Assembly: GCA_050011565.1 (NCBI GenBank) | Contig: JBEKIW010000001.1 | Span: forward strand, 256,001-320,000 | Length of the DNA stretch: 64,000 nucleotides | DNA from: Dehalococcoidia bacterium | GTDB lineage: Bacteria > Chloroflexota > Dehalococcoidia > GIF9 > UBA5629 | Direction of reading: 5' to 3' | In this document: positions 9,397-20,382 of the stretch, piece by piece | Layout: every line of letters starts with the position of its first letter | How positions within the stretch are numbered: the stretch's first letter is position 1 | Translations under genes and position numbers: made by a program | The notes under the pieces: model-generated | Databases searched by the model: none | Seen by the model: the letters and a program-made list of their open reading frames with translations, nothing else | What the model was told of the DNA's origin: nothing

Positions 9397-11055
9397 TTAT
9401 ACTTCTACAGCTGTGGTGAGAATCATAGGGCGGCGTCGGGTTTGCTCGTAAAAGAACTTGCTCAAAGTATCCTTCACCTTGGTATCAATGAAGCTCCATT
9501 CCAGCGGGTGCCCGCCGCTGTGGTCTAATGCGGCTTTTACCAGGTCTCGGCCTTGCTCCAGTATAGTTTCGCCTTCTTTCATATCCACGAAGCCCCTTGA
9601 AACAATATCAGGACGGCCTACAACTCTGCCCTTTTCCTTGTCGATAGCAACAATTACCACCACAATTCCATCCTTGGAGAGCAGTTTCCGGTCGCGGAGG
9701 ATGACGCTGGCCAGGTCTCCCATAACCAGTCCATCCACATAGACGTTACCTGTAGGCAGTTTGCCGGCTATTCTGCCCTTTTCGCGGTCCAGCTCAAGTA
9801 TGCTTCCGTTTTCTAGGACGAAGATGTTAGTTTCGGGTATGCCGAGGCTTTTAGCCAGCTTAGCATGCAGGCTCAAATGACGGTATTCGCCGTGGATGGG
9901 AACAAAGAATTTAGGCCTGACCATACTAAGTAAAAGTTTCAGTTCCTCCTGGCTGCCGTGTCCGTGGACATGTACTTGAGCTAACTTCTCATAAACCACA
10001 TTAGCGCCCTGGCGAAACAGGTTATCGATCGTCCGGTTGACTAGCGCTTCGTTACCCGGTACGGGCGTAGCTGACATTATTACCGTGTCTCCAGGAATAA
10101 TTTTAACCTGGTTATTGTCCCGATTGGCAATGCGCACCAGGGCTGAAGTCGGCTCTCCCTGGCTGCCGGTGGTCAGAAGGATAATCTTGTCGTGGGGGAA
10201 GCGGTGGATTTCTTCAAAGTGGCGAATAACATCGGGTGGAGAAGTGAGATATCCCAGTTCCGACGCGATGCGCACCGTATCTCTCATGCTGCGGCCGATA
10301 ATGAATACATGACGGTTATGTTTGACGGCAGCGTCAATTACCTGTTGAATGCGGGAAATTAGGGAAGAAAAGGTGGTGATAATTACCCTTCCCGGAGCAT
10401 CGGCTATAATTCGTGCCAACGCTTCACCGACCACAGTCTCCGACGGCGTATATCCCGGAAGCTCGGCATAGGTCGAATCAGCAAGAAGCAGGAGTACCCC
10501 TTGAGTTCCTAACTGGGCGAGCTTGGCCAGTTCGGTAGGTTTGCCGTCGACCGGTGTGTAGTCGATTTTGAAATCACCGCTGTGGACCACCATACCTATA
10601 GGCGTGTGAATAATAAATCCCAGTGAATCGGGGATGCTGTGGCACACGGAGAAAGGCTCTATTTTGAAATTGCCCAGTGGAAACTTAACGCCGGGCTGAA
10701 CTGTCTTGAGGGTGGCTTTTTTCTGATATCGGTGTTCCTTTAACTTTACACTAATCAAGCCATTGGTAAGCCTGGTTCCGTAAACCGGTACGTCGAGCTG
10801 AGGCAGTATGTAAGGAAGAGCACCGATATGGTCTTCGTGTCCGTGGGTTATTATTATGCCTCGCAGCTTCTCCCGCCTTTCCAGCAGGTAGCTTATGTTC
10901 GGGATGACCAGGTCAACTCCCAGCATATCCTCTTCCGGGAACATCAGTCCGGCGTCGATTATGACGATGTCATTGGCGAACTCGATAGCCATCATATTTT
11001 TACCGATTTCGCCTAGTCCGCCGAGGGGGATTATCCGGAGTTTCTGTTTGCTCAT
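9397..11055 (-). CDS. rnj: Ribonuclease J
   Basis: PLGGLGEIGKNM, THGHEDHIG, TGSQGEP and PIHGEYRH motifs. Confidence 0.96.
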   Translation of the reverse strand: MSKQKLRIIPLGGLGEIGKNMMAIEFANDIVIIDAGLMFPEEDMLGVDLVIPNISYLLERREKLRGIIITHGHEDHIGALPYILPQLDVPVYGTRLTNGLISVKLKEHRYQKKATLKTVQPGVKFPLGNFKIEPFSVCHSIPDSLGFIIHTPIGMVVHSGDFKIDYTPVDGKPTELAKLAQLGTQGVLLLLADSTYAELPGYTPSETVVGEALARIIADAPGRVIITTFSSLISRIQQVIDAAVKHNRHVFIIGRSMRDTVRIASELGYLTSPPDVIRHFEEIHRFPHDKIILLTTGSQGEPTSALVRIANRDNNQVKIIPGDTVIMSATPVPGNEALVNRTIDNLFRQGANVVYEKLAQVHVHGHGSQEELKLLLSMVRPKFFVPIHGEYRHLSLHAKLAKSLGIPETNIFVLENGSILELDREKGRIAGKLPTGNVYVDGLVMGDLASVILRDRKLLSKDGIVVVIVAIDKEKGRVVGRPDIVSRGFVDMKEGETILEQGRDLVKAALDHSGGHPLEWSFIDTKVKDTLSKFFYEQTRRRPMILTTAVEV

Positions 11056-11064
11056 GTTCGTGGT

Positions 11065-11661
11065 CTAGAAGAGGCTTAGCTGCTGTGGCTCAGCTTCGTC
11101 TTCCGTTAATTTCTCCGCCTGGGCTAATATTTGTGGTATTTTGACCATGTCGGTCTCGATGGTCTTCCTCAGGCTTCCCTGATGAAGAGCTGCCGCCGGG
11201 TGATACATGGCGTAGTAGATGACGTCATCTTGCCTCTTCGCTTTGCCGTGAACCTGGCTGATGCTCTGGTTAGGGAAGTATTTCGCCATTGAGTAACGAC
11301 CTAGAGTAACAATCATTTTGGGGTGGATGAGCTCAATCTGACGTGCTAACCATTTACTGCAGGCTTGAATTTCGCCGGGTAACGGGTCTCGGTTGGATGG
11401 AGGACGGCACTTAATGACATTAGCGATGTATACTTGCTCACGTTTCAGGCTGATTGAGGCTAATAATTCCTCCAGGTATTTTCCCGCGGGGCCAACGAAC
11501 GGACGTCCTTGTTGGTCTTCATGCCATCCGGGTGCTTCGCCGATAAAAAGGAGAGTTGCATTTTCTGGCCCTTCACCGGGCACGGCTCTGGTGCGGTGTT
11601 TGCCTAACTCGCAGTCCTGGCAGCGTTCGATTTCTTGGTTCAGCTCAGTAAGCGCTGACAT
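11065..11661 (-). CDS. Uracil-DNA glycosylase family 4 (Fe-S)
   Basis: CxxC, GEAPG..EDQQGRPFVG, KCRPP.NRDP and YHPAAAL motifs. Confidence 0.93.
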   Translation of the reverse strand: MSALTELNQEIERCQDCELGKHRTRAVPGEGPENATLLFIGEAPGWHEDQQGRPFVGPAGKYLEELLASISLKREQVYIANVIKCRPPSNRDPLPGEIQACSKWLARQIELIHPKMIVTLGRYSMAKYFPNQSISQVHGKAKRQDDVIYYAMYHPAAALHQGSLRKTIETDMVKIPQILAQAEKLTEDEAEPQQLSLF

Positions 11662-11699
11662 CTGAGGAAATCATAGCATAGCCTTCCTTGCCGGTCAAT

Positions 11700-12050
11700 T
11701 TAAGTTAGCGCCAGGACGAGGCTGATGGCGGCGAGGCAGAGGACCGCCACGGAGATACCTATGAATAGCCTGTTCCTGTTCATTGAGAAGAAGACAATAG
11801 ATAAGATGACCTGTACGATGGGTACCAGCAAAAGGACTAAAATTCCAATGCTGATAACTATAGCCGCGGGTATCTGCTCTAACCTGACCAGTGGCTGTAT
11901 GTCTTTAAAGCCGGAAATATAGATAAGTATAATAAATCCGATAACAACCAGCGCTAAAGAGATGGCAGTGCCGAGTCGGAAAGCCAGGCTAACCCAGTTT
12001 TCTAATCGGCCTTCATCCAACTTTGTGTTTTTCATTATTTTGTCTCGCAC
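11700..12050 (-). CDS. DUF1634-like small membrane protein
   Basis: Three hydrophobic helices; sits directly after the TauE gene, a common pairing. Confidence 0.65.
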   Translation of the reverse strand: MRDKIMKNTKLDEGRLENWVSLAFRLGTAISLALVVIGFIILIYISGFKDIQPLVRLEQIPAAIVISIGILVLLLVPIVQVILSIVFFSMNRNRLFIGISVAVLCLAAISLVLALT

Positions 12051-12052
12051 GC

Positions 12053-12940
12053 TTATAGTACGTTCGCCGTTTTAAGGAACATCAATATAGCTACAAGTAA
12101 CAGGAAGATGCCGAATATGCGTCTAAGCCATATTCCTCCGGTTCTTTGTGTTAATTCAACACCTATTCTGGAGCCTACAACTATACTAATAACCAATGGG
12201 GCAATTATGAACGGATATATGTTGCCATAATATTGATAGATGAAGGCGCCGGTGGCAGCTGTGAGTGCTATCATGAAGGTGCTGGTGGCTATAGCGGCTT
12301 TCATCGGTATCCCCATGACCAGGTGCATTACGGGAACATTTATGATGCCGCCGCCGACGCCAAGCAGGCTGGAGAGTAAACCGGCGAAGAAGCTTGTTCC
12401 CAATCCCGCAGCCGTCCTATTCACTTTGTAATCAACAATTTTGTCCAAGCTCCGGTCATTATAGGAGTCCGCCAGGGAATTAGATAAACTGTGTGGAGTA
12501 TTATTCGGCTCGACTGAATGGGCATCTGACTGATTATCAGCAGATATGAAATGCTGGCGTGTCACCATAGTGTAAGCCACGTAAATGAGTACCAGTCCGA
12601 AAAGCGCGCTTAATATAGACGGGGCGATTATGGCGGCAGCAAAGCCGCCGATGATAGCCCCGGGTATGGTCGTTGTTTCCAGAAGCAGGCCCAATTTTAC
12701 ATTTGTCAGTCCCGCCTTGGTGTATATACCGGCTGCGGTGCATGCATTAGCCACAATGGCTACCAGGCTGCTGCCGACGGCTACCTGTATTGGCAGATGT
12801 AAAGCCAGGGTGAGTATGGGCACGATGATGAGGCCGCCGCCGACTCCCAGCATCGAGCCCAGCAGGCCGGCTACTAATCCTGTGCCACCTAATGCCCAGA
12901 GGTTTATGTCAGTCAAAGCTATTGTTAGACATAGTAGCAT
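12053..12940 (-). CDS. Sulfite exporter TauE/SafE family membrane protein
   Basis: Duplicated (G/S)xLGVGGGxIxVP motif; multiple TM segments; start codon uncertain. Confidence 0.88.
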   Translation of the reverse strand: MLLCLTIALTDINLWALGGTGLVAGLLGSMLGVGGGLIIVPILTLALHLPIQVAVGSSLVAIVANACTAAGIYTKAGLTNVKLGLLLETTTIPGAIIGGFAAAIIAPSILSALFGLVLIYVAYTMVTRQHFISADNQSDAHSVEPNNTPHSLSNSLADSYNDRSLDKIVDYKVNRTAAGLGTSFFAGLLSSLLGVGGGIINVPVMHLVMGIPMKAAIATSTFMIALTAATGAFIYQYYGNIYPFIIAPLVISIVVGSRIGVELTQRTGGIWLRRIFGIFLLLVAILMFLKTANVL

Positions 12941-13076
12941 TGGTTGTTGTAAGAGGTCAACGGAAAGTTGTTAATTGATAGGTTAGAGCAGATATGCCAA
13001 CCTACCCAAATCGTTATTGCACCATTGTGGTGCTGCGGAAATCAATGATATACTGTGCAGATAAGAAAGCTCGGTA

Positions 13077-13805
13077 TTGATGAAAAGGATAGATGGTCGC
13101 GCCAGCGATGAACTTCGGCCAATAAACGTTAGCTTGGGCTACCAGGCTTTTGCTGAAGGCTCAGCATTGATAGAGCTGGGGCGAACCAGAGTGCTGTGCT
13201 CAGTAAGTGTAGAGGACAGGGTTCCTCATTTCCTCAAAGGCGAGGGTACGGGCTGGGTTACTGCTGAATATGCCATGCTACCCCGTTCTACGCTGACCCG
13301 CACTCCTCGCAACCTCTCTCCTGAAAGGCAAGCCGGTAGAAATCAGGAAATACAGCGACTAATAGGTCGGAGCTTGAGGGCGGTAACCGACCTGGCAGCT
13401 CTGGGCGAAAGGACGTTTACCATTGACTGTGATGTGTTACAGGCTGATGGCGGTACCCGGACGGCAGCGATAACCGGTGGGTATGTAGCTCTGTTTGTGG
13501 CATTACATAATCTGAAAAAACGGGGCATGCTATCATCAATTCCGCTTAAAGGCGCGGTAGCCGCTACCAGTGTCGGTATTGTCGGTAGAGAGGCGCTACT
13601 CGACCTCTGCTACGAGGAAGATTTTCAAGCAGCCGTTGACTTCAATGTGGTGATGACGGATAAGGGTGAATTCGTGGAAATCCAGGGTACTGCGGAGGGC
13701 AAGCCTTTCTCCAAGGAAACGGTTGATTCTCTGCTGGCGCTGGCCCAAAAGGGCATCAAGCAGTTGCTTAAAATCCAAGAGTCAGCTTTAGCCGGGTTAG
13801 ACTAA
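13077..13805 (+). CDS. rph: Ribonuclease PH
   Basis: [44 protein letters not shown] and EIQGTAEG motifs. Confidence 0.97.
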   Translation: MMKRIDGRASDELRPINVSLGYQAFAEGSALIELGRTRVLCSVSVEDRVPHFLKGEGTGWVTAEYAMLPRSTLTRTPRNLSPERQAGRNQEIQRLIGRSLRAVTDLAALGERTFTIDCDVLQADGGTRTAAITGGYVALFVALHNLKKRGMLSSIPLKGAVAATSVGIVGREALLDLCYEEDFQAAVDFNVVMTDKGEFVEIQGTAEGKPFSKETVDSLLALAQKGIKQLLKIQESALAGLD

Positions 13806-15076
13806 GGCCGGACGTGCCCATCGCCGATAATAATCCACTTATAGCTGGTTATCTCTCTTAGCGCCATTGGGCCGCGGGCATGGAATTTTTGGGTGCTGAT
13901 GCCTATTTCGGCTCCCAGGCCGAACTGGCTCCCATCGGTGAAACGGGTGCTGGCATTAGCATAGACACAGGCAGTATCCACTTCGTTGAGGAAACGTGCC
14001 GCCGCCGCTTTATCCTCGGCAACGATAGCCTCGGAATGTCCTGAGCCGTAGCGTTCGATATGCTCCAGCACTTCATCCAGTGAATCGACAATTTTAATAG
14101 CCGCGATAAGCGCCAGGAATTCTTTACCCCAGTCATCCTCTTTTGCCGGCACGAGTTTAAGCGAAGGAATCGGCCCGAGAATAGATAAAGTGCGCTTATC
14201 GCAGTGCATCTCTACCCCAGCCTTTGCCCATTCCTTGGCGATTAAGGGCAGGTACTTAGGAGCTATTGAAGCGTGGACTAGAAGGGTATCCAGCGCGTTG
14301 CAAACAGTGGGCCGCTGGACCTTGGCGTTATAGGCGATGGCTACTGCCTTGTTTAAATCAGCGCTTTTGTCTACATAGGTATGGCAAACGCCGATGCCGC
14401 CGGTAAGTACAGGCATAGAGGCCTTTTCCGCCACAGATTCAATCAGGCCGGCACCGCCGCGAGGTATTATAAGGTCAATAGTGCCCTTCATCTTAAGCAT
14501 GTGTTCGACAAGTGCCCTGTCTGTTGACTCTATAATCTGGACAGCGCCCTGAGGTACACCGGCTTTGTAAGCGGCTTCCTGGACAACTCTGGCCAGTGCC
14601 AGATTTGAGCGGAGTGCTTCCTTGCCGCCGCGCAGGATAACAGCGTTTCCCGATTTGAGGCATAGTACCGAAATGTCTACAGTGACATTAGGCCGGCTCT
14701 CATAGATGGCACCGATAACCCCGAGAGGTACGCGCTTCTTACTGATTTGCAAACCATTGGGTAGCGTGCGTTCTTCAATTAGTTCACCTACAGGGTCGGG
14801 CAGAGCGGCTACGGTTCTGACATCGTTGCCAATGCCATCCAGCCGGCTCGGGTTTAACATCAGCCGGTCGAGCAGGACTGCGCTCATGCCTGAAGCTTTA
14901 GATTTCTTATAATCCTGGCTGTTGGCGGATAAGATTTCTTTTTGCCTGGCTTGAAGGGCGTCTGCGATAGCGAGCAAAGCCTTATTCTTAATTTCAGTGG
15001 GCAGAAAGGCGAGCTTCTTCGATGCTGCCTTAGCTGCCTTACCTTTTTCTTCGAGCTCAGTTACCGGAGATTTCAT
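13802..15076 (-). CDS. proA: Gamma-glutamyl phosphate reductase
   Basis: [27 protein letters not shown] and [23 protein letters not shown] motifs. Confidence 0.97.
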   Translation of the reverse strand: MKSPVTELEEKGKAAKAASKKLAFLPTEIKNKALLAIADALQARQKEILSANSQDYKKSKASGMSAVLLDRLMLNPSRLDGIGNDVRTVAALPDPVGELIEERTLPNGLQISKKRVPLGVIGAIYESRPNVTVDISVLCLKSGNAVILRGGKEALRSNLALARVVQEAAYKAGVPQGAVQIIESTDRALVEHMLKMKGTIDLIIPRGGAGLIESVAEKASMPVLTGGIGVCHTYVDKSADLNKAVAIAYNAKVQRPTVCNALDTLLVHASIAPKYLPLIAKEWAKAGVEMHCDKRTLSILGPIPSLKLVPAKEDDWGKEFLALIAAIKIVDSLDEVLEHIERYGSGHSEAIVAEDKAAAARFLNEVDTACVYANASTRFTDGSQFGLGAEIGISTQKFHARGPMALREITSYKWIIIGDGHVRP

Positions 15077-15086
15077 ATTTTACTCC

Positions 15087-16199
15087 TTACACCAACGCCA
15101 TATTGTTTCTGTGAATCAGTTCGGCTCCATATTCATAGCCGAGAAGGCTTGAGATCTCGTCAGAATGCGCGCCTTTTATGGAAGCGATATCCCTGGCACT
15201 GTAGTTTGGCATACCGCAGCCGAGGTGGTTGCCATTTGAATCATAAATATCCACCACGTCACCGCGCTGGAATTCGCCGTCTACACCTACCACGCCGGCG
15301 GGCAGCAGACTGCGGTTTTGCTTTTTAAGAGCCAGGACAGCCCCATCGTCAATTATCAGTTTGCCCTTGCAAGCCAGTCCGCTGAGCATCCATCGTTTTT
15401 TGCTTTCCAATTTGCTGGTACGCGGCGGAAATATGGTGCCTATATTTTTCCCGAGCGTTATCTGTGTCAGTACGTCAGGCTTACGTCCGTTAGCTATAAC
15501 TACGGTTACACCAGAAGCAGTAGCCAGTTTAGCAGCCTCGAGTTTAGTTATCATACCGCCGACACCGTAAGAATTGGCGGTATCGCCAGCGGCGCGTTCT
15601 ATCTCGGCATCTATCTTATCAATCCGGGGGATGAGCTTGGCTTCCGGGTTACACTGGGGGTCTGCGTTATAGAGGCCGTCGATATCTGTAAGCAGGGCTA
15701 AAAGGTCGGCATCGACCAGATTGGCTACCATGGCCGACAGGTTGTCATTGTCGCCGAAGGTGAGCTCACCGAGTTCATCAGTGGCAACGACGTCGTTCTC
15801 GTTTACGATGCAAATTACACCTAATTCAATAAGGGCTAGAAGCGTGTTGCGAGCATTCAGGTAACCGGCGCGGTCAATCAAGTCGGACTTTGTCAGCAGC
15901 GCCTGGGCGACGATTATTTTATATTTACTGAAAAGCTGTTCGTAGACATTCATAAGCTGGCTTTGTCCCACCGAGGCCAGGACTTGCTTGAAAGGTATGT
16001 CTTTGTGTTCCTTTGCCAGGCCCAATTTTTGTATACCGGCGGCAACTGCTCCTGAAGATACGATGATTATCTCGTGCCCTTGCTGATGAAGGCGAGCCAC
16101 CTGTTCCGCAAGACTTGACATAATGCTAGAATCAAGGCTACCAGTCCCTCCGGTAAGCAGGTTGGTACCGAACTTAGCTATCAAACGCCGATAACGCAT
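15087..16199 (-). CDS. proB: Glutamate 5-kinase
   Basis: KFGT, SSGAVAAG, NENDVV, FGDNDNLSA and GGMITKL motifs plus C-terminal PUA domain; start placed at the ATG at 16199 (MRYRRLIAK). Confidence 0.96.
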   Translation of the reverse strand: MRYRRLIAKFGTNLLTGGTGSLDSSIMSSLAEQVARLHQQGHEIIIVSSGAVAAGIQKLGLAKEHKDIPFKQVLASVGQSQLMNVYEQLFSKYKIIVAQALLTKSDLIDRAGYLNARNTLLALIELGVICIVNENDVVATDELGELTFGDNDNLSAMVANLVDADLLALLTDIDGLYNADPQCNPEAKLIPRIDKIDAEIERAAGDTANSYGVGGMITKLEAAKLATASGVTVVIANGRKPDVLTQITLGKNIGTIFPPRTSKLESKKRWMLSGLACKGKLIIDDGAVLALKKQNRSLLPAGVVGVDGEFQRGDVVDIYDSNGNHLGCGMPNYSARDIASIKGAHSDEISSLLGYEYGAELIHRNNMALV

Positions 16200-16289
16200 G
16201 GTGTGTAAATTATAGCGCTGTGGAAGATAGCCAACAAGTAATAGGCTCGCTTTTAGATGTAGTGGCAAGGCTTCGCCTAGCCGAAGCTC

Positions 16290-16577
16290 GCAAATTCCAA
16301 ATATTAAGCACTAAATTTCAAACAATATCAAAATTCGAATTCACCAAATTCGAAAAGTCGTGCGTCTCTGTTTTTATAGCTTTCGTTTTTATGTTATTGC
16401 GAGGAGCCCTGCCACGGAAGGGCGACGTGGCAAACTCAGACATTGCTTCGCCTTCGGCTTGTCATGACAAATGAATAATCTTGGCTATTGCTATTTGGGT
16501 TTTTGGATTTGTTTAGGATTTGGAGCTTTGGATTCGGTGTTTTGCAACGGGGTGTAGCGGCGAGGCTTTAGCCGCTA
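16290..16577. repeat. Composite intergenic repeat region: AT-rich AAATTCCAAA/TTTGGATTT arms, a degenerate TGCGAGGAGC...CATTGCTTCG...ATGACA REP-like unit and a GTAG-headed hairpin
   Basis: Inverted low-complexity arms at 16291-16355 and 16495-16545, related to 28417-28452; GTAGCGGCGAGGCTTTAGCCGCTA at 16554-16577. Confidence 0.45.
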
Positions 16578-16578
16578 A

Positions 16579-19500
16579 TTATCTCCTCAAAGCAATTAGC
16601 AGGGCTACTATCAGCATAATTATGGCTGTAACGCCGACGATAAACCACCAGTTAGTATTGGTCGGTTGGGAAACCTTGAGAATTTCAAACTCGCCGCTAA
16701 GGCCGGCTACTTCCACCTGATGTTTCCCAGCCGCATAGCCGGCAGTGGTGAAGTTCACTGTTTGGCTTGTCCCGGCGGCAGCGGTAACTTGCTTTGTAGA
16801 TGTTATTACCCCATCCACTTTCAACTGAAGACTATAATCTCCGCTCTTTTCCCCTGTGTTGGTCACCTTAATGCTAACTGTAACCTCCTGGTTGGGCTGA
16901 GCATGAGACGGGTTAACAGTCAGGTTACTCACCTCAAATTCAGCCGGTTTAGGTTCCGCCAACCTGGCTAGGACGGCGACAGGTGAGAAGTGGCTTGCCA
17001 GACCTTGCGCCTTGCCGAGTTCAGCCACGACGCCTGGCACCGGTGCCAATGCCTGCCAGCCTTGAGCCGCGTCAAAGTTGGCGATGAACACCTCCGTCGC
17101 ATTGGTGGGCAGCTTTTTAGGGTCGTACGTCAAAGTCAACGTGGCCGGTGGCAATATGGTGACGGGAGACGGTACTGTGGCGTACGAGGTAGGATAGGCG
17201 CTAATCTCGTATACCGGACCGACTATTGTGGTGTTCTCGGGAGCTGGTGGTGGGGCGGATGACTCACGGAATCTAAGCAGCAGCGGTACTCTATCACCGG
17301 CGAGTACTAATTTGGTGTCTTTATCGAGCTCAAGCACATATTTGCCCGATGCATCTTTGGCAATACAAGTTTCACAAAGTACGCCCTTACCAGTCATACT
17401 GGCCATGGTTGTGGTCCCCTGCATGTCTACCGCCAGTGTTGCCGGGCAGGCGACGAGTGATGCAGGTAGGCCGCCTCCACCACTTCCGCCAATTAGAGGT
17501 TGAGGTGTTGGTAGTTGGACGGATAAAGTCATACTGTCTATGCTAGTGCAGCCTTTGCTGTCAGTGACTGTTACAGTATATGTAGTATTGGTGTTCGGTG
17601 AGGCAGTCGGATTGGCGGATGCAGGATTGTTCAGATCGGTAGCGGGCACCCAACTATAGGTGTAGGGTGGTATGCCACCGGAAGCTGTTGGACTGCCGCC
17701 TATTACGGTCGAGCTGCCGGAAATTATTGTAAGGTCGGGGCCGGCATTAACGATTGGTCTGGTGTTTATGGTAACGGTCTTGTTATTACTGCTGGAGCAG
17801 CCTTTGGCGTTTGTGTAGCTGTAAGTGACGATATATGGTCCTGGTAGCAGACCTGTTGGGTTGAAATCAGAGCCGGAGACGCCGGTTCCGCTCCAGGTAC
17901 CTCCTGATGGGGAAGCACCTATCAGTGCTATAGGGTCACCTCCTTCACAGACATCCTGGTTAGGGCCGGCATCAACCGGCGTGGCGCAGGCATAACCGAC
18001 AGAGTATTTGCCGGTAGAACTCTTGCCGCTGAACCACATTTTATAAGGACAGGTATCACCGCCGAAGTTTGCGGCATCGTATAATACCCATGGTGTATAG
18101 GTTCTATCGTTCCTCCACGGCATGCCGTCGTCTTTATAAAAAATAGGGTTGCCAGGGTGCTTAGTCCAGTTTATGCCATCTGTCGACGTAGCATAGCCTA
18201 TGCCGTGATTAGTTTCCACACCGCCGCCGTACCACATCTGCCAGTTACCTGAAAGGTTTAGCACGCTGCAATATCCGACGCCAGTATTATCCCAATCTAA
18301 TGCGGTTCCCGGGCTCAGAACAGGGTTATTGACATATCTTTTCCAGTGTGTCCCATCGGCGGAATAGGCGAGACCGATGGCCTCGTTAGTGCCGTCGGTT
18401 CCCATATAATAGATAACATATTTGTTGTTCCAGATGTTGATGTCGTCGGGGAAGCCGCTTGAATTGTAGATTAAATCGCAGGGGCCATAAGAGCCAGTAT
18501 TCCAGTCAGGCCAGGAGTTGGTGACTAATGGATAAGTACCATCTTGAGTAAGAGCTTGGTCATTTGTCCAGTTGACTCCGTCGGTAGATTCCGCATATCT
18601 CAGAGCGTTAATACTGTAGAGATATGCCGTATCCTCGTACCACATCTTATAGAAAATTCCGTTGCCAAAGCCGTCAGGTCGGTATTTTACCAGTGGATGA
18701 TTTGCGCCGGTCACTAATCCAAATACGGGGTTTGGTCCAGCGGTCCAGTTGATGCCATCAGCGGATTCGGCATAACCTATTTGGCGCGTGCCTGTTCCGT
18801 CGTCCGAGCCGAACCACATCTTATAATAAGCAGTGTTACCATGCCCTGAAAACTGATTAGCGTCATATATTACTTTGGGGTAATAAGCCATAGCGCCACC
18901 GCCGGGCAGCCCCTGGCCGAATACCGGATTATTGCCGTACTCTACCCAGTCGCAGGGTGTGGGGGTAGGGGCAACTGTCAGGTTAGCCATCCCAAGTTTC
19001 CACTGTATCCAGTTTGAACTATCTAGGTTTGGATTGTCTGAGCCGAGGAACCATATCTGGTAATTGCTCCCTGTCTTGACCACCGAGGGCATCCATACGC
19101 TTTGGCTTCTCCATGCCACCCCGTCAGATGTTGTAAATAACGTTTGACTACGTGTCCAGTTTATGCCGTCGGTAGATGTAGCGTAGCCTATCCCGTTCAA
19201 GGCTTGGTATGTCGTCTCTTTTCCGCCTGAGTAGAACGCTTCCCAGTCTGTCGGGCTGTTCTTTATGACCTTGAACCATCCTATATGGTCGCAGTCAAAG
19301 TCGCTAGTGACCAGCGTTCCTGCAAATACCGGCGTGGCATAACCTGCCGCGGTCGGGTCGTAGCCTGTCCAGTTGTAGCCGTCACTGGAAAAGGCCATGA
19401 CTACGAGTTCCTTTCCGCCGTATGCTCCAAGCTCCCACTGGACGTTGGCATATATCCTGAATGTCCAGTCCGTACCCGTATTGGATGCTCCGGGGGTATA

Positions 19501-20031
19501 GACGACATCGGCTATACCATAGGTTACTCCCGTGGCAGCACTATATACTGGGGGTCCGAATTGGGTAACGGGTATGTGGTTAAACCAGTTTATTCCGTCC
19601 GGTGATTCAGCATATCTCCATCCGCTTATGCTATTTTGGTTCAGCCCTGCATACCACATGCGGTAATACATGGTCAATGAGCTTGGGTCGGTACCGCTGT
19701 TGGCTCCGGTGAATCCTGTGCTGTAGTATTTTACATCTGCGTGATACTGCGCATCCGATATTATGGGGTTGCCGCTATATGGAGTCCACGTTATGCCGTC
19801 GGGTGACTGGGCGAGATTAATCGAGGCAAAATTATTTCCGGCATAATATAGTTTATAGTTTACGTTGTCCTTAATGACATAGGCTTGATCCGGGATGAGT
19901 GTGGAGAATACAGGTGATGGGCTTTCATTGATGGTGAAGGTAACCGAGGACGCTATTGCCGGTGCTGCCATCAAGCTAAAGCTCACCCCCAGCACCATGG
20001 CAAACAAAACATTAAAGATCTTCTTTTTCAT
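16579..20031 (-). CDS. Large secreted, C-terminally anchored protein with two five-bladed beta-propeller (GH32/43/130-like) regions, Ig/PKD-like repeats, Gly linker, shared anchor module, CARDB-like domain and TM
   Basis: Signal peptide; many YAxSxDGINW Asp-box-like repeats; VDAGP/VNAGPD Ig repeats; C-terminal NWW-TM-RR. Confidence 0.8.
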   Translation of the reverse strand: MKKKIFNVLFAMVLGVSFSLMAAPAIASSVTFTINESPSPVFSTLIPDQAYVIKDNVNYKLYYAGNNFASINLAQSPDGITWTPYSGNPIISDAQYHADVKYYSTGFTGANSGTDPSSLTMYYRMWYAGLNQNSISGWRYAESPDGINWFNHIPVTQFGPPVYSAATGVTYGIADVVYTPGASNTGTDWTFRIYANVQWELGAYGGKELVVMAFSSDGYNWTGYDPTAAGYATPVFAGTLVTSDFDCDHIGWFKVIKNSPTDWEAFYSGGKETTYQALNGIGYATSTDGINWTRSQTLFTTSDGVAWRSQSVWMPSVVKTGSNYQIWFLGSDNPNLDSSNWIQWKLGMANLTVAPTPTPCDWVEYGNNPVFGQGLPGGGAMAYYPKVIYDANQFSGHGNTAYYKMWFGSDDGTGTRQIGYAESADGINWTAGPNPVFGLVTGANHPLVKYRPDGFGNGIFYKMWYEDTAYLYSINALRYAESTDGVNWTNDQALTQDGTYPLVTNSWPDWNTGSYGPCDLIYNSSGFPDDINIWNNKYVIYYMGTDGTNEAIGLAYSADGTHWKRYVNNPVLSPGTALDWDNTGVGYCSVLNLSGNWQMWYGGGVETNHGIGYATSTDGINWTKHPGNPIFYKDDGMPWRNDRTYTPWVLYDAANFGGDTCPYKMWFSGKSSTGKYSVGYACATPVDAGPNQDVCEGGDPIALIGASPSGGTWSGTGVSGSDFNPTGLLPGPYIVTYSYTNAKGCSSSNNKTVTINTRPIVNAGPDLTIISGSSTVIGGSPTASGGIPPYTYSWVPATDLNNPASANPTASPNTNTTYTVTVTDSKGCTSIDSMTLSVQLPTPQPLIGGSGGGGLPASLVACPATLAVDMQGTTTMASMTGKGVLCETCIAKDASGKYVLELDKDTKLVLAGDRVPLLLRFRESSAPPPAPENTTIVGPVYEISAYPTSYATVPSPVTILPPATLTLTYDPKKLPTNATEVFIANFDAAQGWQALAPVPGVVAELGKAQGLASHFSPVAVLARLAEPKPAEFEVSNLTVNPSHAQPNQEVTVSIKVTNTGEKSGDYSLQLKVDGVITSTKQVTAAAGTSQTVNFTTAGYAAGKHQVEVAGLSGEFEILKVSQPTNTNWWFIVGVTAIIMLIVALLIALRR

Positions 20032-20095
20032 CCTGAAATCTCCGTCTCTTTGATTTCGGCAAAAGCCATTTATACCTTTTTCCCTTTTTCTGAAT

Positions 20096-20184
20096 AAAAA
20101 AACCGACTCACCTTTGGGTCGGTTTCACTATTAGCTCGGCACAGGTCAAGTGACCAAATTTCGACTGGTGCTTCATCGCCCCCC
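20096..20184 (-). ncRNA. c-di-GMP-II-like riboswitch copy 1 with overlapping intrinsic terminator
   Basis: Minus strand reads GGGGCGAUGAAGCAC...UUUGGUCACUU...GUGCCGAGCUAAUAGUGAAACCGACCC, then AACCGAC/GUCGGUU-U-run; matches the remembered c-di-GMP-II pattern (kink-turn, GUCAC/GUGA pseudoknot). Confidence 0.85.
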
Positions 20185-20225
20185 AATTCGGATATTCTAA
20201 ATTAGCTATCTTATCTAGCGGCTGC

Positions 20226-20254
20226 ATAGTCTCATACACTGCCGGCACTGTCAA
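20226..20254 (-). promoter_or_regulatory. Sigma70-type promoter TTGACA-17-TGnGACTAT
   Basis: Perfect -35 and 17-bp spacer; same layout at 24637, 28184 and 32746. Confidence 0.65.
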
Positions 20255-20382
20255 GTATCTTAACCTATCAGGACTTCACCATAAGTAGTACCTTTTTCCT
20301 ATAAACTCTGGTACCTTTGGGTGATGTGGCGGGATAGGCCATGCGACAGCGAGGCTTTAGCCTCGCCCGGACATGCTTCAAT

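Noticed and set aside
16220-16474. 84-aa ORF on the + strand upstream of proB
   Set aside because: Made of repeat-derived low-complexity sequence and overlaps the proB upstream region.
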